Below are positions 37,631 through 46,484 of a DNA stretch of 64,000 bases, one piece after another (within the stretch, counting starts at the first letter, position 1; every line of letters begins with the position of its first letter). The DNA comes from Patescibacteria group bacterium (GTDB taxonomy: Bacteria > Patescibacteriota > Patescibacteriia > Magasanikbacterales > GWA2-37-8), in NCBI GenBank assembly GCA_041661385.1, contig JBAZUP010000001.1:354560-418559 (forward strand). The letters run 5' to 3'. The position numbers and the translations under genes are program-made. The notes under the pieces are model-generated. The model saw nothing but the letters and a program-made list of their open reading frames with translations, made no database searches and was not told where the DNA came from.

Positions 37631-40600
37631 TAATTAATCAAAGCTTGTTGATATGCAGGTCCGGGATCGGATTTGTAATTAGCAATATTTGAATGACCTA
37701 CTATTCCATTAAAATTAAGCAGTTGCTGTGATTCATTCTGAAAATCAAGGATATTTGGAGTACTACTGTTTGGGAAAATTTTTACGTCAAAAGCATACTG
37801 ACTACCCAAAAAATTCAAGAGATTAACTAATGAGATAATTTGACTCATGTGTGGTTGTTCCCAATACCTATAACCACCCCACGTTGTTGTGTTATCAAAA
37901 ACCATTCTACTATATCCATCCGGTTTAAATACGGCACCTCCGTCAGTTCTAAAAATGCCATTTTCAGTCGTTGTGTTTAGAAATCCATAATTTACCAACT
38001 CAATCCCAATTGTTGCGTTAGCGCTCCCATATTCATCATCACATTCGAATTCCTTACCAACCCAATGACCCCGAATACAACCATCGTGATACGAAATATT
38101 TTTGTCTGCAACCAATTGATAAATTGTTCCATTCTCGTCTTTATCTATTACATAGTGCGAGCTTTTTCCTCCAGGAATGTTGAAGGTGTCGATTGCGTTT
38201 TGTGCTGTCTTACCTGCGGTATAATGTATAACCACCTGTTTTATATCCTCTGGTTTTCGCATTTTTTCCGTACAATTGTCAGAACCTGTTTTTAATAAGG
38301 TATTATAACAATTATTTTTCATCCAATCATAATTAATATTCAACGGATTCGACGGTTTCTGAATTATAATATGCACTGTAGTGGTCGTTCCATAATTCCC
38401 TATCAAATCCCAATCTCCCAACCCAATATTCGTAGAATTAATATTTGTCGTTTCTTGCCAAACAACAGTACTTGTTCCAAAATTCACGGTGTATTGAGCG
38501 TTCCAATGAATGTTGTCCCCAATTGTAAATGTTTGATTATTTGTTGGCGAGTATATAACAGCCGACGCAGAAGGCAATAACCTACTCATAAAAGCGTCAT
38601 TCCACATTGAAGTAAATTGCTCAACAGTATACCCACCATTCAACCCCTCCCCAATAATATATCCAGCAATGCCTTGGTCAAAACTAATCGTTATGTAAAC
38701 TAAGCCGGTCCAATTTCCGTAAGTAAATGGAGCCGACGGTGTGTAGACGGTTTTACCTGCTTGTACCGCAGTATGAAAGATAGTTTTGGTCGTGCTTGTT
38801 ACAAAAAGCGAATCAATATCGCTTTCATTTGCCGAGGTAATTTTGCGCATTGTAATTCCTGGAAAAGTGCTTGAGGCGACGAGCTTTAGGCCTTTGACGG
38901 TAGAAATTGCTCCGACACTGAAGTTTTCTTCAAAAATATTTGACTCATCAAGCGAGGCTTGGAGGCCAAATATGGCCATGAACTCCTTCTTATACGTAGT
39001 TGAATCATCGTTAAATCGGTTAAAATAAGTGACCTTTGCCGATGAATCAATTCTAAGGCCCTTCCAATCAAAAGAGTACGGCTGACCATTGCTATAGGTA
39101 ACAGAGATGCCGTTAAAAATTGCCGCGCGCGTTGCTGTATGGGTAAAATCGGCCCCGACCACCTTAGCCAGCTCTCTTTCCGTTTGATCTAATCTATACA
39201 AATAATCTAAAGCCGATTTATAGAGTAATTGATTGGAAACAAAACTATTAGTTTGAGTGTCGGCTGTCGGGCGTAATTCAGGCGGTACGACTCGGTCGGT
39301 ATTTATTGCTATAGCATTCGTATTGCCAGTAATAATATTTTCATCCTGGGTTTCTACGGTGTTAACAGATACTGAACTGCCGATTTCACGCGTTGGCGCT
39401 TTAAATACCATTGAATAATTTTGATTTCTGCCGAGAGTAGAAGTGGCGGTGCTTGTTACGACAGAAACTCCATTTATTTTAATTTTTGCGTTGACCGCAA
39501 CAAGTGAAAGTGGCACGACATCATAGATAGTATCGAAAGTATTTAGAGTATCCTGATCTGCTTGCGTAGCCGGATCATAAGTCATTAACAATTCTTTATC
39601 AGCTAAATCAGAAACATTAGCAGTGTAATCAAGAATCGTATTTTGTTGGTCATCTAAAACAGTAAATTGAACAGTGTGCCGTAGGGTTGAAGGGATATAA
39701 TCATAAGTGTTTAAATCGACTACTACTTGATATGGCAATGTCCCAGGAATAAATGACAAATTTTGTTGCTTTGGATAATAACGGACCAATGCGTCACTAT
39801 AAGTTGAGGTCGGGGTGCTGCTAGAGGCCAAATAATTTTCCACTAGTGTTTGAAAAGCGGCAATCGGGGTGGACGTGCCATAATTATTGTTTAAATAATT
39901 ATCATAAAAATTCAAAACGTTAAATCCATCAGCGTTCATCCCTCCGATTATATCTACCGGCTGTTCATAATAATACGCATTAATGGTAGGGTCCATCGGT
40001 ACCCACTGACTACTTCCACCATCGTTTAGGTCAACGCCGCGGCTATAACCATAAGGGATATATGCCTCAACATATGTGTGTTCAATTACAAAAAACAGTG
40101 GATTATTATCGCTATCCACAAAGTAAATATATGGAATGTTTGTAAGTGTTAAAATTTGGGCGGCTGCTTCTGCAGATTGAACTCCGAGCAAATCTGTAAC
40201 TTCACTGACGCTCATTTTAGCGTCAATATGCCGATACCGAGCCGGAATATTGCTGTACCGCAACATCGCAATGAGAAGGGCCGACTTATCCATGTCGTTA
40301 CCTGCCCTTTCAATTAAGGTGGCATCTGACCCCTTCTTTGAACCGTAATATGGAATGTAGTCTACATTATTGTGAACGTAGTTTAGAATGGTCAACGGAC
40401 TATTATTTAAAGCATCAGCTTTGTCCTTGATAGCCTGAGAAAAAATAATCTCATTTCCGGCGGCCAGATAATCATTGGGGTTAGCACTAACATCCGCCAA
40501 TGCTTCCTGCCCCAAAAATGAAGTCAATCCCTTTTTCTTTAAAATTAAATCAAAATTTGAATTATATAATTTGCCGCCGTTAAAAAAATTCTTTATTTTT

Positions 40601-41319
40601 TGAAGCAGATTACTACCCTGCTCTTTATTATTAGAAAAAAGTTTGTTGTAATCCGATTCCGGTTTTTTATTAATCTGCCCGTTAAATGTTTGAACCTTAA
40701 ATGGCTGTTTGTTGGCCAGATTCTCGATATTCTTCCGTTCTTTGTCCGCGTCGGTATTACCGGTAAAAAAATCAGTTATTTTTTTAAAAAATCCTTCCTG
40801 TTTTGGACTCTCCGCTTGTTGATTTCTATAGGCATCAACACGATCAACTACATCCTGTGGCAAACCATTATCAATAAGATGCTGCTTGACCTTGTTTAGT
40901 TCGGCGTCCAGTGGAAGTGCTGGGTCTTTTTTAAATTTAGTTTTATCTTTTATTTCCGTCGGCTTAACTACTACCGGTGGGCCGCGATCTTGTTCTACTG
41001 TTGTTGACGGTGGAGTACTAGATACTGAATTTTCCTGATCCACCGCTCCAGTGGAAGTTTGATTTTCTGGAACCAACAAAGTATCCAGTAACGCCGCATC
41101 AAGATTTGTTGGGACGGTTGAAGAATTATTTGTGGGATCATAAGCGTTTAACCCGCTTTCCAAAGTTGAGCTATCAACTTGAGCTAAAGCCCGTGACACG
41201 GAAGGTAAAACAAGCGAAAGAGCTAAAAAAAATATCGCAGCAAGATGCGCGATTCGAATAATCCTACGACCCTCATTTGTAGAATATTTTTTCATGTGAT
41301 TACTATAGCACTTAACCAA
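37618..41319 (-). CDS. Large (1233 aa) secreted/membrane-anchored protein with a transglutaminase-like core (Cys replaced by Asp) and a C-terminal amidase_2/PGRP-type N-acetylmuramoyl-L-alanine amidase domain
   Basis: TGase-like core GNDMDKSALLIAMLRYSNIPARYRHI…EHTYVEAYIPYG, with Asp at the canonical Cys position. C-terminal amidase_2: QVVIHYTAGKTAQNAID…SHYVIDKDENGTIYQLV…ISYHDG…GIELVN…GHSNI…KSDPGP. Confidence 0.65.
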   Translation of the reverse strand: MVKCYSNHMKKYSTNEGRRIIRIAHLAAIFFLALSLVLPSVSRALAQVDSSTLESGLNAYDPTNNSSTVPTNLDAALLDTLLVPENQTSTGAVDQENSVSSTPPSTTVEQDRGPPVVVKPTEIKDKTKFKKDPALPLDAELNKVKQHLIDNGLPQDVVDRVDAYRNQQAESPKQEGFFKKITDFFTGNTDADKERKNIENLANKQPFKVQTFNGQINKKPESDYNKLFSNNKEQGSNLLQKIKNFFNGGKLYNSNFDLILKKKGLTSFLGQEALADVSANPNDYLAAGNEIIFSQAIKDKADALNNSPLTILNYVHNNVDYIPYYGSKKGSDATLIERAGNDMDKSALLIAMLRYSNIPARYRHIDAKMSVSEVTDLLGVQSAEAAAQILTLTNIPYIYFVDSDNNPLFFVIEHTYVEAYIPYGYSRGVDLNDGGSSQWVPMDPTINAYYYEQPVDIIGGMNADGFNVLNFYDNYLNNNYGTSTPIAAFQTLVENYLASSSTPTSTYSDALVRYYPKQQNLSFIPGTLPYQVVVDLNTYDYIPSTLRHTVQFTVLDDQQNTILDYTANVSDLADKELLMTYDPATQADQDTLNTFDTIYDVVPLSLVAVNAKIKINGVSVVTSTATSTLGRNQNYSMVFKAPTREIGSSVSVNTVETQDENIITGNTNAIAINTDRVVPPELRPTADTQTNSFVSNQLLYKSALDYLYRLDQTERELAKVVGADFTHTATRAAIFNGISVTYSNGQPYSFDWKGLRIDSSAKVTYFNRFNDDSTTYKKEFMAIFGLQASLDESNIFEENFSVGAISTVKGLKLVASSTFPGITMRKITSANESDIDSLFVTSTTKTIFHTAVQAGKTVYTPSAPFTYGNWTGLVYITISFDQGIAGYIIGEGLNGGYTVEQFTSMWNDAFMSRLLPSASAVIYSPTNNQTFTIGDNIHWNAQYTVNFGTSTVVWQETTNINSTNIGLGDWDLIGNYGTTTTVHIIIQKPSNPLNINYDWMKNNCYNTLLKTGSDNCTEKMRKPEDIKQVVIHYTAGKTAQNAIDTFNIPGGKSSHYVIDKDENGTIYQLVADKNISYHDGCIRGHWVGKEFECDDEYGSANATIGIELVNYGFLNTTTENGIFRTDGGAVFKPDGYSRMVFDNTTTWGGYRYWEQPHMSQIISLVNLLNFLGSQYAFDVKIFPNSSTPNILDFQNESQQLLNFNGIVGHSNIANYKSDPGPAYQQALINYWGL

Positions 41320-41382
41320 ATTAAATCAAATATTTGTATCCACAGCAAAAATATGACCGTTGTAGGCAACGTAATAATTATA

Positions 41383-41408
41383 AAAAACCGGATTACACCG
41401 GCTTTTTA
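41383..41408 (-). terminator. Intrinsic terminator after tRNA-Trp (aaaaagccggtgtaatccggtttttt in minus orientation)
   Basis: 7-bp stem (accggat…atccggt) flanked by T-run. Confidence 0.4.
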
Positions 41409-41457
41409 TTTTGAAACAGATTCGTGACCCCGATGGGTCACTTGAACCTGTCCTACG

Positions 41458-41532
41458 TGGCAGGCCCGCTCAGATTCGAACTGAGAACTCTCGTTTTGGA
41501 GACGAGAATTTTACCATTGAAACTACAGGCCC
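41458..41532 (-). tRNA. tRNA-Trp (anticodon CCA), CCA 3' end encoded
   Basis: Minus-strand GGGCCTGTAGTTTCAATGGTAAAATTCTCGTCTCCAAAACGAGAGTTCTCAGTTCGAATCTGAGCGGGCCTGCCA. Acceptor 5 WC + 2 G·U pairs. D-loop with GG. Anticodon stem CTCGT/ACGAG with loop CTCCAAA. T-arm CTCAG-TTCGAAT-CTGAG. Discriminator G. Confidence 0.8.
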
Positions 41533-41966
41533 ATTTTTTCCTTCCAATATTTACCTCTTTGAAATGTTTTGATTCGGTGACAATTTGCACATCGAACCTT
41601 ACATTTTTTTATTTCGCTCTGAATTGATTTAATTGAATGACAATTTCTAATCATCTGCGAAATACCCATCTCTTTTCCAAACACATGATCAAAATCCAAT
41701 GTTCTTATATCTTTATTACCACAATCCACACACGGATTTTTTTGTAGATACTCGTAGATAAACTTTCGCAATTTACTAGTCTGTTTCTTATTCCATTTTC
41801 TTGCTTTCTGCAAATAAACATTCTTATTTGCAATATAGTGGGACTTTCTATACGCCGAATGGCAACCTTTACACAAAGAATTGAACCAACCCTTTGCTTT
41901 ATTCTTCCAATTAAACTCTGATACTGGTTTATTGCTTTTACATTTTGAACAAATTTTGGATTTCAT
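41523..41966 (-). CDS. Free-standing HNH endonuclease with N-terminal zinc ribbon
   Basis: 147 aa. CSKCKSNKP…CKGCH zinc ribbon. HNH core CVDCGNKD…DFDHVFGKE…NCHSIKS…CANCHRIK. Its last ~10 nt (…aaaatgggcctgtag) overlap the 5' end of tRNA-Trp. Confidence 0.6.
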   Translation of the reverse strand: MKSKICSKCKSNKPVSEFNWKNKAKGWFNSLCKGCHSAYRKSHYIANKNVYLQKARKWNKKQTSKLRKFIYEYLQKNPCVDCGNKDIRTLDFDHVFGKEMGISQMIRNCHSIKSIQSEIKKCKVRCANCHRIKTFQRGKYWKEKMGL

Positions 41967-42027
41967 ATAGTATGTTCATACTACCATATGCGGTCTCCAA
42001 AATCAATCCCAGTTTGTAATACAATAT

Positions 42028-42834
42028 TTATTCGTCTTCAACAACTTTCTTCGACTTCTCAGACATCACCACCGCGAGCATGAAAGCCAGCATCGCCATA
42101 AATTCAACATAACTTATTCCAATGCCCATTAAAGTAAACGCCATGCCGATAATACTTGGCAAGGTGATAGCATACAAACCGATAATAAATAAGTTTTTTA
42201 GTTTCAAGTTGCGGCCGGTGAATTTGGCCATGACCGAAACAACTAAAGCAACTACCAGAATAGTATACAACTTGCTAATGAAAAAGACTACATAGAAACC
42301 GATAAAAACCGCGATAACGCCAAGGAAATAAAACCAAGGCTTTAAGAAGTTTTTCAGTGTGGATTCGAGCTGCCCTTTCGTTACCGTACCGTCTGGAACA
42401 TTTGCCCATTTTTGAATTCGGCTCTGGCCGCTTTCACTATCATTAAACTCCATGCGGTCGGCAGTGACAAACAAGCTGGCTTTGGAAGTCGAAGTAACAT
42501 AATCGGTCAAAGCGGCAGTAGTAGTTCTGACCGTATCAACAACTAAAACAAATTGATCATTTATCCGGTAAACAAAGGGTTGTGCCAAACGATTAACCTG
42601 AAGTGAACCGTTTTTAAAGTTCGCTTCAAAATCCGGCACGTTCGAAGAAAAATATTTTTGTCCGTTGGTAATTATCGGCCAAGCGCTGAGAGAAATCGGC
42701 ACGGCGACTGCAACTGACAAAACAAACACCCATAACGAAAAATAAGTCCACGCCCGGTCCGCGGCGAAGCGTTGTTTTTTTAACCACACGGGGTTATATA
42801 AACTATTTAGAAACGCCTTATAAAGGTTTTTCAT
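42028..42834 (-). CDS. Hypothetical membrane protein (N-terminal TM, periplasmic domain, C-terminal multi-TM region)
   Basis: 268 aa. Hydrophobic helices at the N-terminus and in the C-terminal 100 residues. Confidence 0.4.
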   Translation of the reverse strand: MKNLYKAFLNSLYNPVWLKKQRFAADRAWTYFSLWVFVLSVAVAVPISLSAWPIITNGQKYFSSNVPDFEANFKNGSLQVNRLAQPFVYRINDQFVLVVDTVRTTTAALTDYVTSTSKASLFVTADRMEFNDSESGQSRIQKWANVPDGTVTKGQLESTLKNFLKPWFYFLGVIAVFIGFYVVFFISKLYTILVVALVVSVMAKFTGRNLKLKNLFIIGLYAITLPSIIGMAFTLMGIGISYVEFMAMLAFMLAVVMSEKSKKVVEDE

Positions 42835-42850
42835 AAACCTGATAATAAAG

Positions 42851-42870
42851 GACGAGGATCTAGCCTCGTC
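42851..42870 (-). terminator. Hairpin terminator after rpmG (gacgaggatctagcctcgtc)
   Basis: 7-bp stem followed by T-rich tract in minus orientation. Confidence 0.35.
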
Positions 42871-42877
42871 ACATTAT

Positions 42878-43033
42878 TTATTTCGTTTCTTTGTGAGCAA
42901 CGTGTTTCTTGCAGTGCCGGCAAAACTTGGAAAGTTCCAAACGGTTCTTCAAGATTTTTTTGTTCTTGGAGCTGAAATAATTTATTCGTTTGCATGAAGA
43001 GCATTCGAATTTTACCATGTTATCTTGAGACAT
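42878..43033 (-). CDS. rpmG: 50S ribosomal protein L33
   Basis: Minus-strand ORF atgtctcaagataacatggtaaaattcgaatgctcttcatgcaaacga… encodes MSQDNMVKFECSSCKRINYFSSKNKKILKNRLELSKFCRHCKKHVAHKETK (51 aa) with the L33 C4 zinc ribbon. Absent from the ORF track because it is short. Confidence 0.8.
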   Translation of the reverse strand: MSQDNMVKFECSSCKRINYFSSKNKKILKNRLELSKFCRHCKKHVAHKETK

Positions 43034-43064
43034 ACTTGTTAAATTAAGCGCATTAATCGCGCTG

Positions 43065-43137
43065 AGCCGATGTCGGGAATTGAACCCGAGACCCCGTCCT
43101 TACCATGGACGTGCTCTACCATCTGAGCTACATCGGC
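43065..43137 (-). tRNA. tRNA-Thr (anticodon GGT)
   Basis: GCCGATGTAGCTCAGATGGTAGAGCACGTCCATGGTAAGGACGGGGTCTCGGGTTCAATTCCCGACATCGGCT. All four stems canonical. Anticodon loop ATGGTAA. Confidence 0.85.
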
Positions 43138-43163
43138 GTCGAGTAAATTTTCAAATCCCCTTG

Positions 43164-43236
43164 AGCCGTCTCGGGGATTTGAACCCCGGACCTACAGTTT
43201 ACAAAACTGTTGCTCTACCAGCTGAGCTAAGACGGC
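43164..43236 (-). tRNA. tRNA-Thr (anticodon TGT)
   Basis: GCCGTCTTAGCTCAGCTGGTAGAGCAACAGTTTTGTAAACTGTAGGTCCGGGGTTCAAATCCCCGAGACGGCT. Anticodon loop TTTGTAA. Confidence 0.85.
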
Positions 43237-43276
43237 ATGGATAATAAATCGCTCAGTTGATTGAGCTATGTTGAAC

Positions 43277-43361
43277 TGGTGGGCAGACTAGGATTCGAAC
43301 CTAGGAAGGCGTAGCCAGCTGATTTACAGTCAGCCCCGTTTGACCGCTTCGGTATCTGCCC
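43277..43361 (-). tRNA. tRNA-Tyr (anticodon GTA), long variable arm, CCA encoded
   Basis: GGGCAGATACCGAAGCGGTCAAACGGGGCTGACTGTAAATCAGCTGGCTACGCCTTCCTAGGTTCGAATCCTAGTCTGCCCACCA. Confidence 0.85.
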
Positions 43362-43369
43362 ATTATTAC

Positions 43370-44275
43370 TTACGAGAGGTCATTGATACGCGACTGAAAA
43401 CCCTCCAATTTATTGTTTTGGGGATTAGCCAGCCGAAGTTCCTGAAATCCTCTTTCCGCCAAGTCCTTATCGTGACATAGTATAGCAGTTTCTATCATTA
43501 AGTCAAGATATTTAGGATTCTTCGGTTCAAGCTCCACCGCCTGTTCTATTGCTTCCTTTGCAACATCCGGCTGATTTACCTTTAATAAGAGCTCTGTAAG
43601 GTGAAAAAACCGCGAAGACAGCGAATCATTCAAAATAACGGCCTGCTGAAGATAATTAATCGCTTCTTCCACATCCCCGCGTTTTTCGAGCATTTCCGAG
43701 ATTTTTACCATTGCCGCGTCATCGTTTGGCTGTAATTGAAGTAAAAATTGGTAAGTTTCTTCTGCTTCCTCAAGATTGCTATTTGCGAGATAAGTATCGC
43801 CAAGACCACGATAGGCCGGCGCGCATTTTGAATCAATCTTAATAGCGGCAATAAATAATTCCTCAGCTTTTTCAAAATCCCCTTCACTTAAATTATAGGT
43901 TCCGTCTTGAATAAGTGAAGCAAGTTTGGTTTCCACCGCTTCGGTCGGCAAAACGGCAACTTCCGCGGCATCCTTGGCTCTTTGTTCGTGATGTAAAAGC
44001 CGCTCTACCTTGCCCACATAAATTCTAAATTTTAATTGTACTTTTCCCCAAATTTTTCGGAATGGCGAAGTGCGACGCAAAAATGCGAGCAACAAATGAT
44101 GCCGCTCGGCAGCGACTCTTTTTCCGATCATTTCTTTTTTCTTTTTTAATTCTTTTTCCGACGGTAAATTTTCGAGATCAATATTTGCTAACTGAGAAAA
44201 TTTTTGAATAGTTAAAAAAGCCATGCCGCCAAGACCGATAGCAAGAATAGCCGAAGCAATAATATAATAGATCAT
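43370..44275 (-). CDS. Membrane-anchored tetratricopeptide-repeat (TPR) protein
   Basis: 301 aa. N-terminal TM helix followed by repeated TPR-like helices (…AEELFIAAIKIDSKCAPAYRGLGDTYLANSNLEEAEETYQFLLQLQPND…). Confidence 0.6.
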   Translation of the reverse strand: MIYYIIASAILAIGLGGMAFLTIQKFSQLANIDLENLPSEKELKKKKEMIGKRVAAERHHLLLAFLRRTSPFRKIWGKVQLKFRIYVGKVERLLHHEQRAKDAAEVAVLPTEAVETKLASLIQDGTYNLSEGDFEKAEELFIAAIKIDSKCAPAYRGLGDTYLANSNLEEAEETYQFLLQLQPNDDAAMVKISEMLEKRGDVEEAINYLQQAVILNDSLSSRFFHLTELLLKVNQPDVAKEAIEQAVELEPKNPKYLDLMIETAILCHDKDLAERGFQELRLANPQNNKLEGFQSRINDLS

Positions 44276-44277
44276 AT

Positions 44278-45024
44278 TTATTTCAGCTGAGCAACCAATT
44301 CTGACCAGGTTTCGATTTTTGCGGAAGCGCCGCCAACCAAAACCCCAGAGATATGCGCTCGCTCTAAATAGCGGCCAATATTTTCTCCGCGCACGCTGCC
44401 GCCATACAAAATTACCGGTTTTTTATTAATTAATTTTTCCGTCCAATTGCTTATCATTTCGGAAGCTTTTTCGGCCTCCCCTGGTTCACATGATTCGCCG
44501 GTACCAACGGCCCAAACCGGTTCATACGCAATAATTGGTGTAATATTTTCCGGCCAGGAAATATCCATAAAAGCCGCCCGGATTTGCGCTTCTAACACTT
44601 CAGCTGTTTCATTCTTTTTTCGATCTTCCGCAGTTTCACCCACACAAAGCACCGGCGTAAGAGAAAGCTGAAGCAAAGCATCGAGCTTCATTCGCACATC
44701 ATGATTACTTTCTTTAAAAATATGACGGCGTTCGGCATGCCCTACCAAAGCGTGAGTGCAGCCGATTTCTTTATAGGTAGTTGAGGAAACTTCTCCGGTA
44801 TAACCGCCCTTATCCGCCCAAAAAGTATTTTGCGGCCCAACAAACATTTTACTTTTTTGAAGAATTTTTTTGACCGATTCAATCGCGATCGAAGACGGAA
44901 AAACCGCCACCTCGACGGATTTTGCCGGATACTTTAGTTTGGCATAATCCTTCGCCAGTTTCACACTTTCTTCAACATTCAAATACATCTTCCAATTGGC
45001 GAAAAGATAGATTTTTTTGTCCAT
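44278..45024 (-). CDS. tpiA: Triosephosphate isomerase
   Basis: 248 aa. Catalytic motifs NWKMY, ALVGHAERR and IAYEPVWAVGTGES. Confidence 0.9.
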   Translation of the reverse strand: MDKKIYLFANWKMYLNVEESVKLAKDYAKLKYPAKSVEVAVFPSSIAIESVKKILQKSKMFVGPQNTFWADKGGYTGEVSSTTYKEIGCTHALVGHAERRHIFKESNHDVRMKLDALLQLSLTPVLCVGETAEDRKKNETAEVLEAQIRAAFMDISWPENITPIIAYEPVWAVGTGESCEPGEAEKASEMISNWTEKLINKKPVILYGGSVRGENIGRYLERAHISGVLVGGASAKIETWSELVAQLK

Positions 45025-45025
45025 A

Positions 45026-45176
45026 TTCGAAATAAGTGAGTGAAGTATTAAACTTGTTTAATTACTTCCGAACGAATGAGAATATATGTAATATAATCGA
45101 AATAAGTGAGTGAAGTATTAAACTTGTTTAATTACTTCCGAACGAATGAGAATATATGCGGCGAATCCCATATATA
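45026..45176. repeat. Repeated leader element, copies 2 and 3 in tandem (71-nt period; proximal copy lacks the GGCGAAKCCC-TATATAT tail)
   Basis: ttcgaaataagtgagtgaagtattaaacttgtttaattacttccgaacgaatgagaatatatg occurs twice in tandem; the distal copy ends …cggcgaatcccatatatat. Flanks match the copy at 13798..13879. The central hairpin sequence differs but keeps its pairing. The element abuts the tpiA start codon in the same arrangement (…TTCGAATATG). Confidence 0.6.
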
Positions 45177-45183
45177 TTTTATA

Positions 45184-46482
45184 TTATGCTCCCTTTACCA
45201 TAGCAATAACTTTCTCTTTGGGCAAGGGACTAATGATTGCAAGGCGTAGCTCATCCATATTAAACAACTGCTTGGCAAGTTCTTGAATTTCTTTTTTGGT
45301 AACCTTGCTAATTTTCTTTATAATTTCTTCCGGTAGTTGAATTTTATCATTGAACAAAAATTGTTTTCCAAACCATTCCGCCTGTGTGCTACTGTCTTCC
45401 AAACTTAAAGCTAATCGTCCGGAAATATTACTCTTGGCATTTGCCAATTCTTCATCAGTTACCGTTTCGTTTGCCATTCGAGAAATTTCCGCCTTAATTA
45501 CCTGCAAAGCCTCGGTTAAACGGGCCGGATCAAGACCTGCCTGAACATGCATTACTCCAACATCGCGAAAAGATGTGGAACCGGCTCGCACCATGTACGC
45601 GAGACCGCGTTTTTCACGCACCTCAACAAACAAGCGCGAACTCATGCCAACGCCTAAGATATTAATAAGAAGTGTAGCGGCAAAACGATCCGGGTGAGTA
45701 TTGTGCAAACCGGGAAAACCAAGAATGATATGAGCTTGATCTACTTTTTTCTCTTCTGCAAGGATTCTTTTTTCAATCGGCGCGGATTGTTTTGACCAAA
45801 CAAATTTTGCAAACGCTTTTTCGTAATGATCATAATTAAATGAACCTTTGGGAGCAAGCTGTTTGCCAAAATAATTAATAATTTTCTTTTCATTTTTTGG
45901 TGTAATAGCACCGGCCACAATAAGCACCATATTTTTTGGTGAATAATGTTCTCGATAATATTTATTCAGCTGTTCGCGATTTACGCCGCGCACAGTTTCC
46001 GGCGAGCCGCCGATATCCCAACCAATCGGCGTATCACCGAACATAACAGAATCAAAAAGCATATCAATCGCCATGGTAGGATTATCTTTATACATTCGCA
46101 ATTCTTCCACGATGGCGCCTTTTTCTTTTTCCACTTCTTCCTTATCAAATTTTGAATGATAAATAATATCGGACAAAATATCATACGCTACTTCCTGCTT
46201 GTCGGCGGCAATTTTTACATAATAACCGGTATAATCTTTGGAAGTAAACGCGTTATAGTCGGCGCCGAGCGCCTCAAGCGTGCGGGAAATATCGGTTGCT
46301 TCCGGGCGCTTTTCAGTACCCTTAAACAACATATGCTCGACAAAATGCGAAGCGCCGGAAAGCTCCGGTGTTTCGTAGCGTGAACCAATCGGAAATAAAG
46401 CGAGCACAGTGATTGAGCGCGCGCCTTTTAGCGGTACCTTAATAAATGTAATGCCATTTTTTAATTTTGATTTTTTATACAT
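45184..46482 (-). CDS. M16-family (insulinase-like) zinc peptidase
   Basis: 432 aa. Inverted zinc-binding motif HFVEHMLFKGT (HxxEH) and downstream Glu-containing segment. Confidence 0.8.
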   Translation of the reverse strand: MYKKSKLKNGITFIKVPLKGARSITVLALFPIGSRYETPELSGASHFVEHMLFKGTEKRPEATDISRTLEALGADYNAFTSKDYTGYYVKIAADKQEVAYDILSDIIYHSKFDKEEVEKEKGAIVEELRMYKDNPTMAIDMLFDSVMFGDTPIGWDIGGSPETVRGVNREQLNKYYREHYSPKNMVLIVAGAITPKNEKKIINYFGKQLAPKGSFNYDHYEKAFAKFVWSKQSAPIEKRILAEEKKVDQAHIILGFPGLHNTHPDRFAATLLINILGVGMSSRLFVEVREKRGLAYMVRAGSTSFRDVGVMHVQAGLDPARLTEALQVIKAEISRMANETVTDEELANAKSNISGRLALSLEDSSTQAEWFGKQFLFNDKIQLPEEIIKKISKVTKKEIQELAKQLFNMDELRLAIISPLPKEKVIAMVKGA

Positions 46483-46484
46483 AA

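Noticed and set aside
41424-41627. 67-aa + ORF
   Set aside because: It covers the tRNA-Trp gene and the HNH gene 3' end on the opposite strand.
45100-45176. Possible 17-aa peptide (MGFAAYILIRSEVIKQV) encoded in the leader repeat upstream of tpiA
   Set aside because: The equivalent copy at 13798..13879 has an indel that destroys the frame and has no ATG. The conservation is at nucleotide/structure level, not peptide level.
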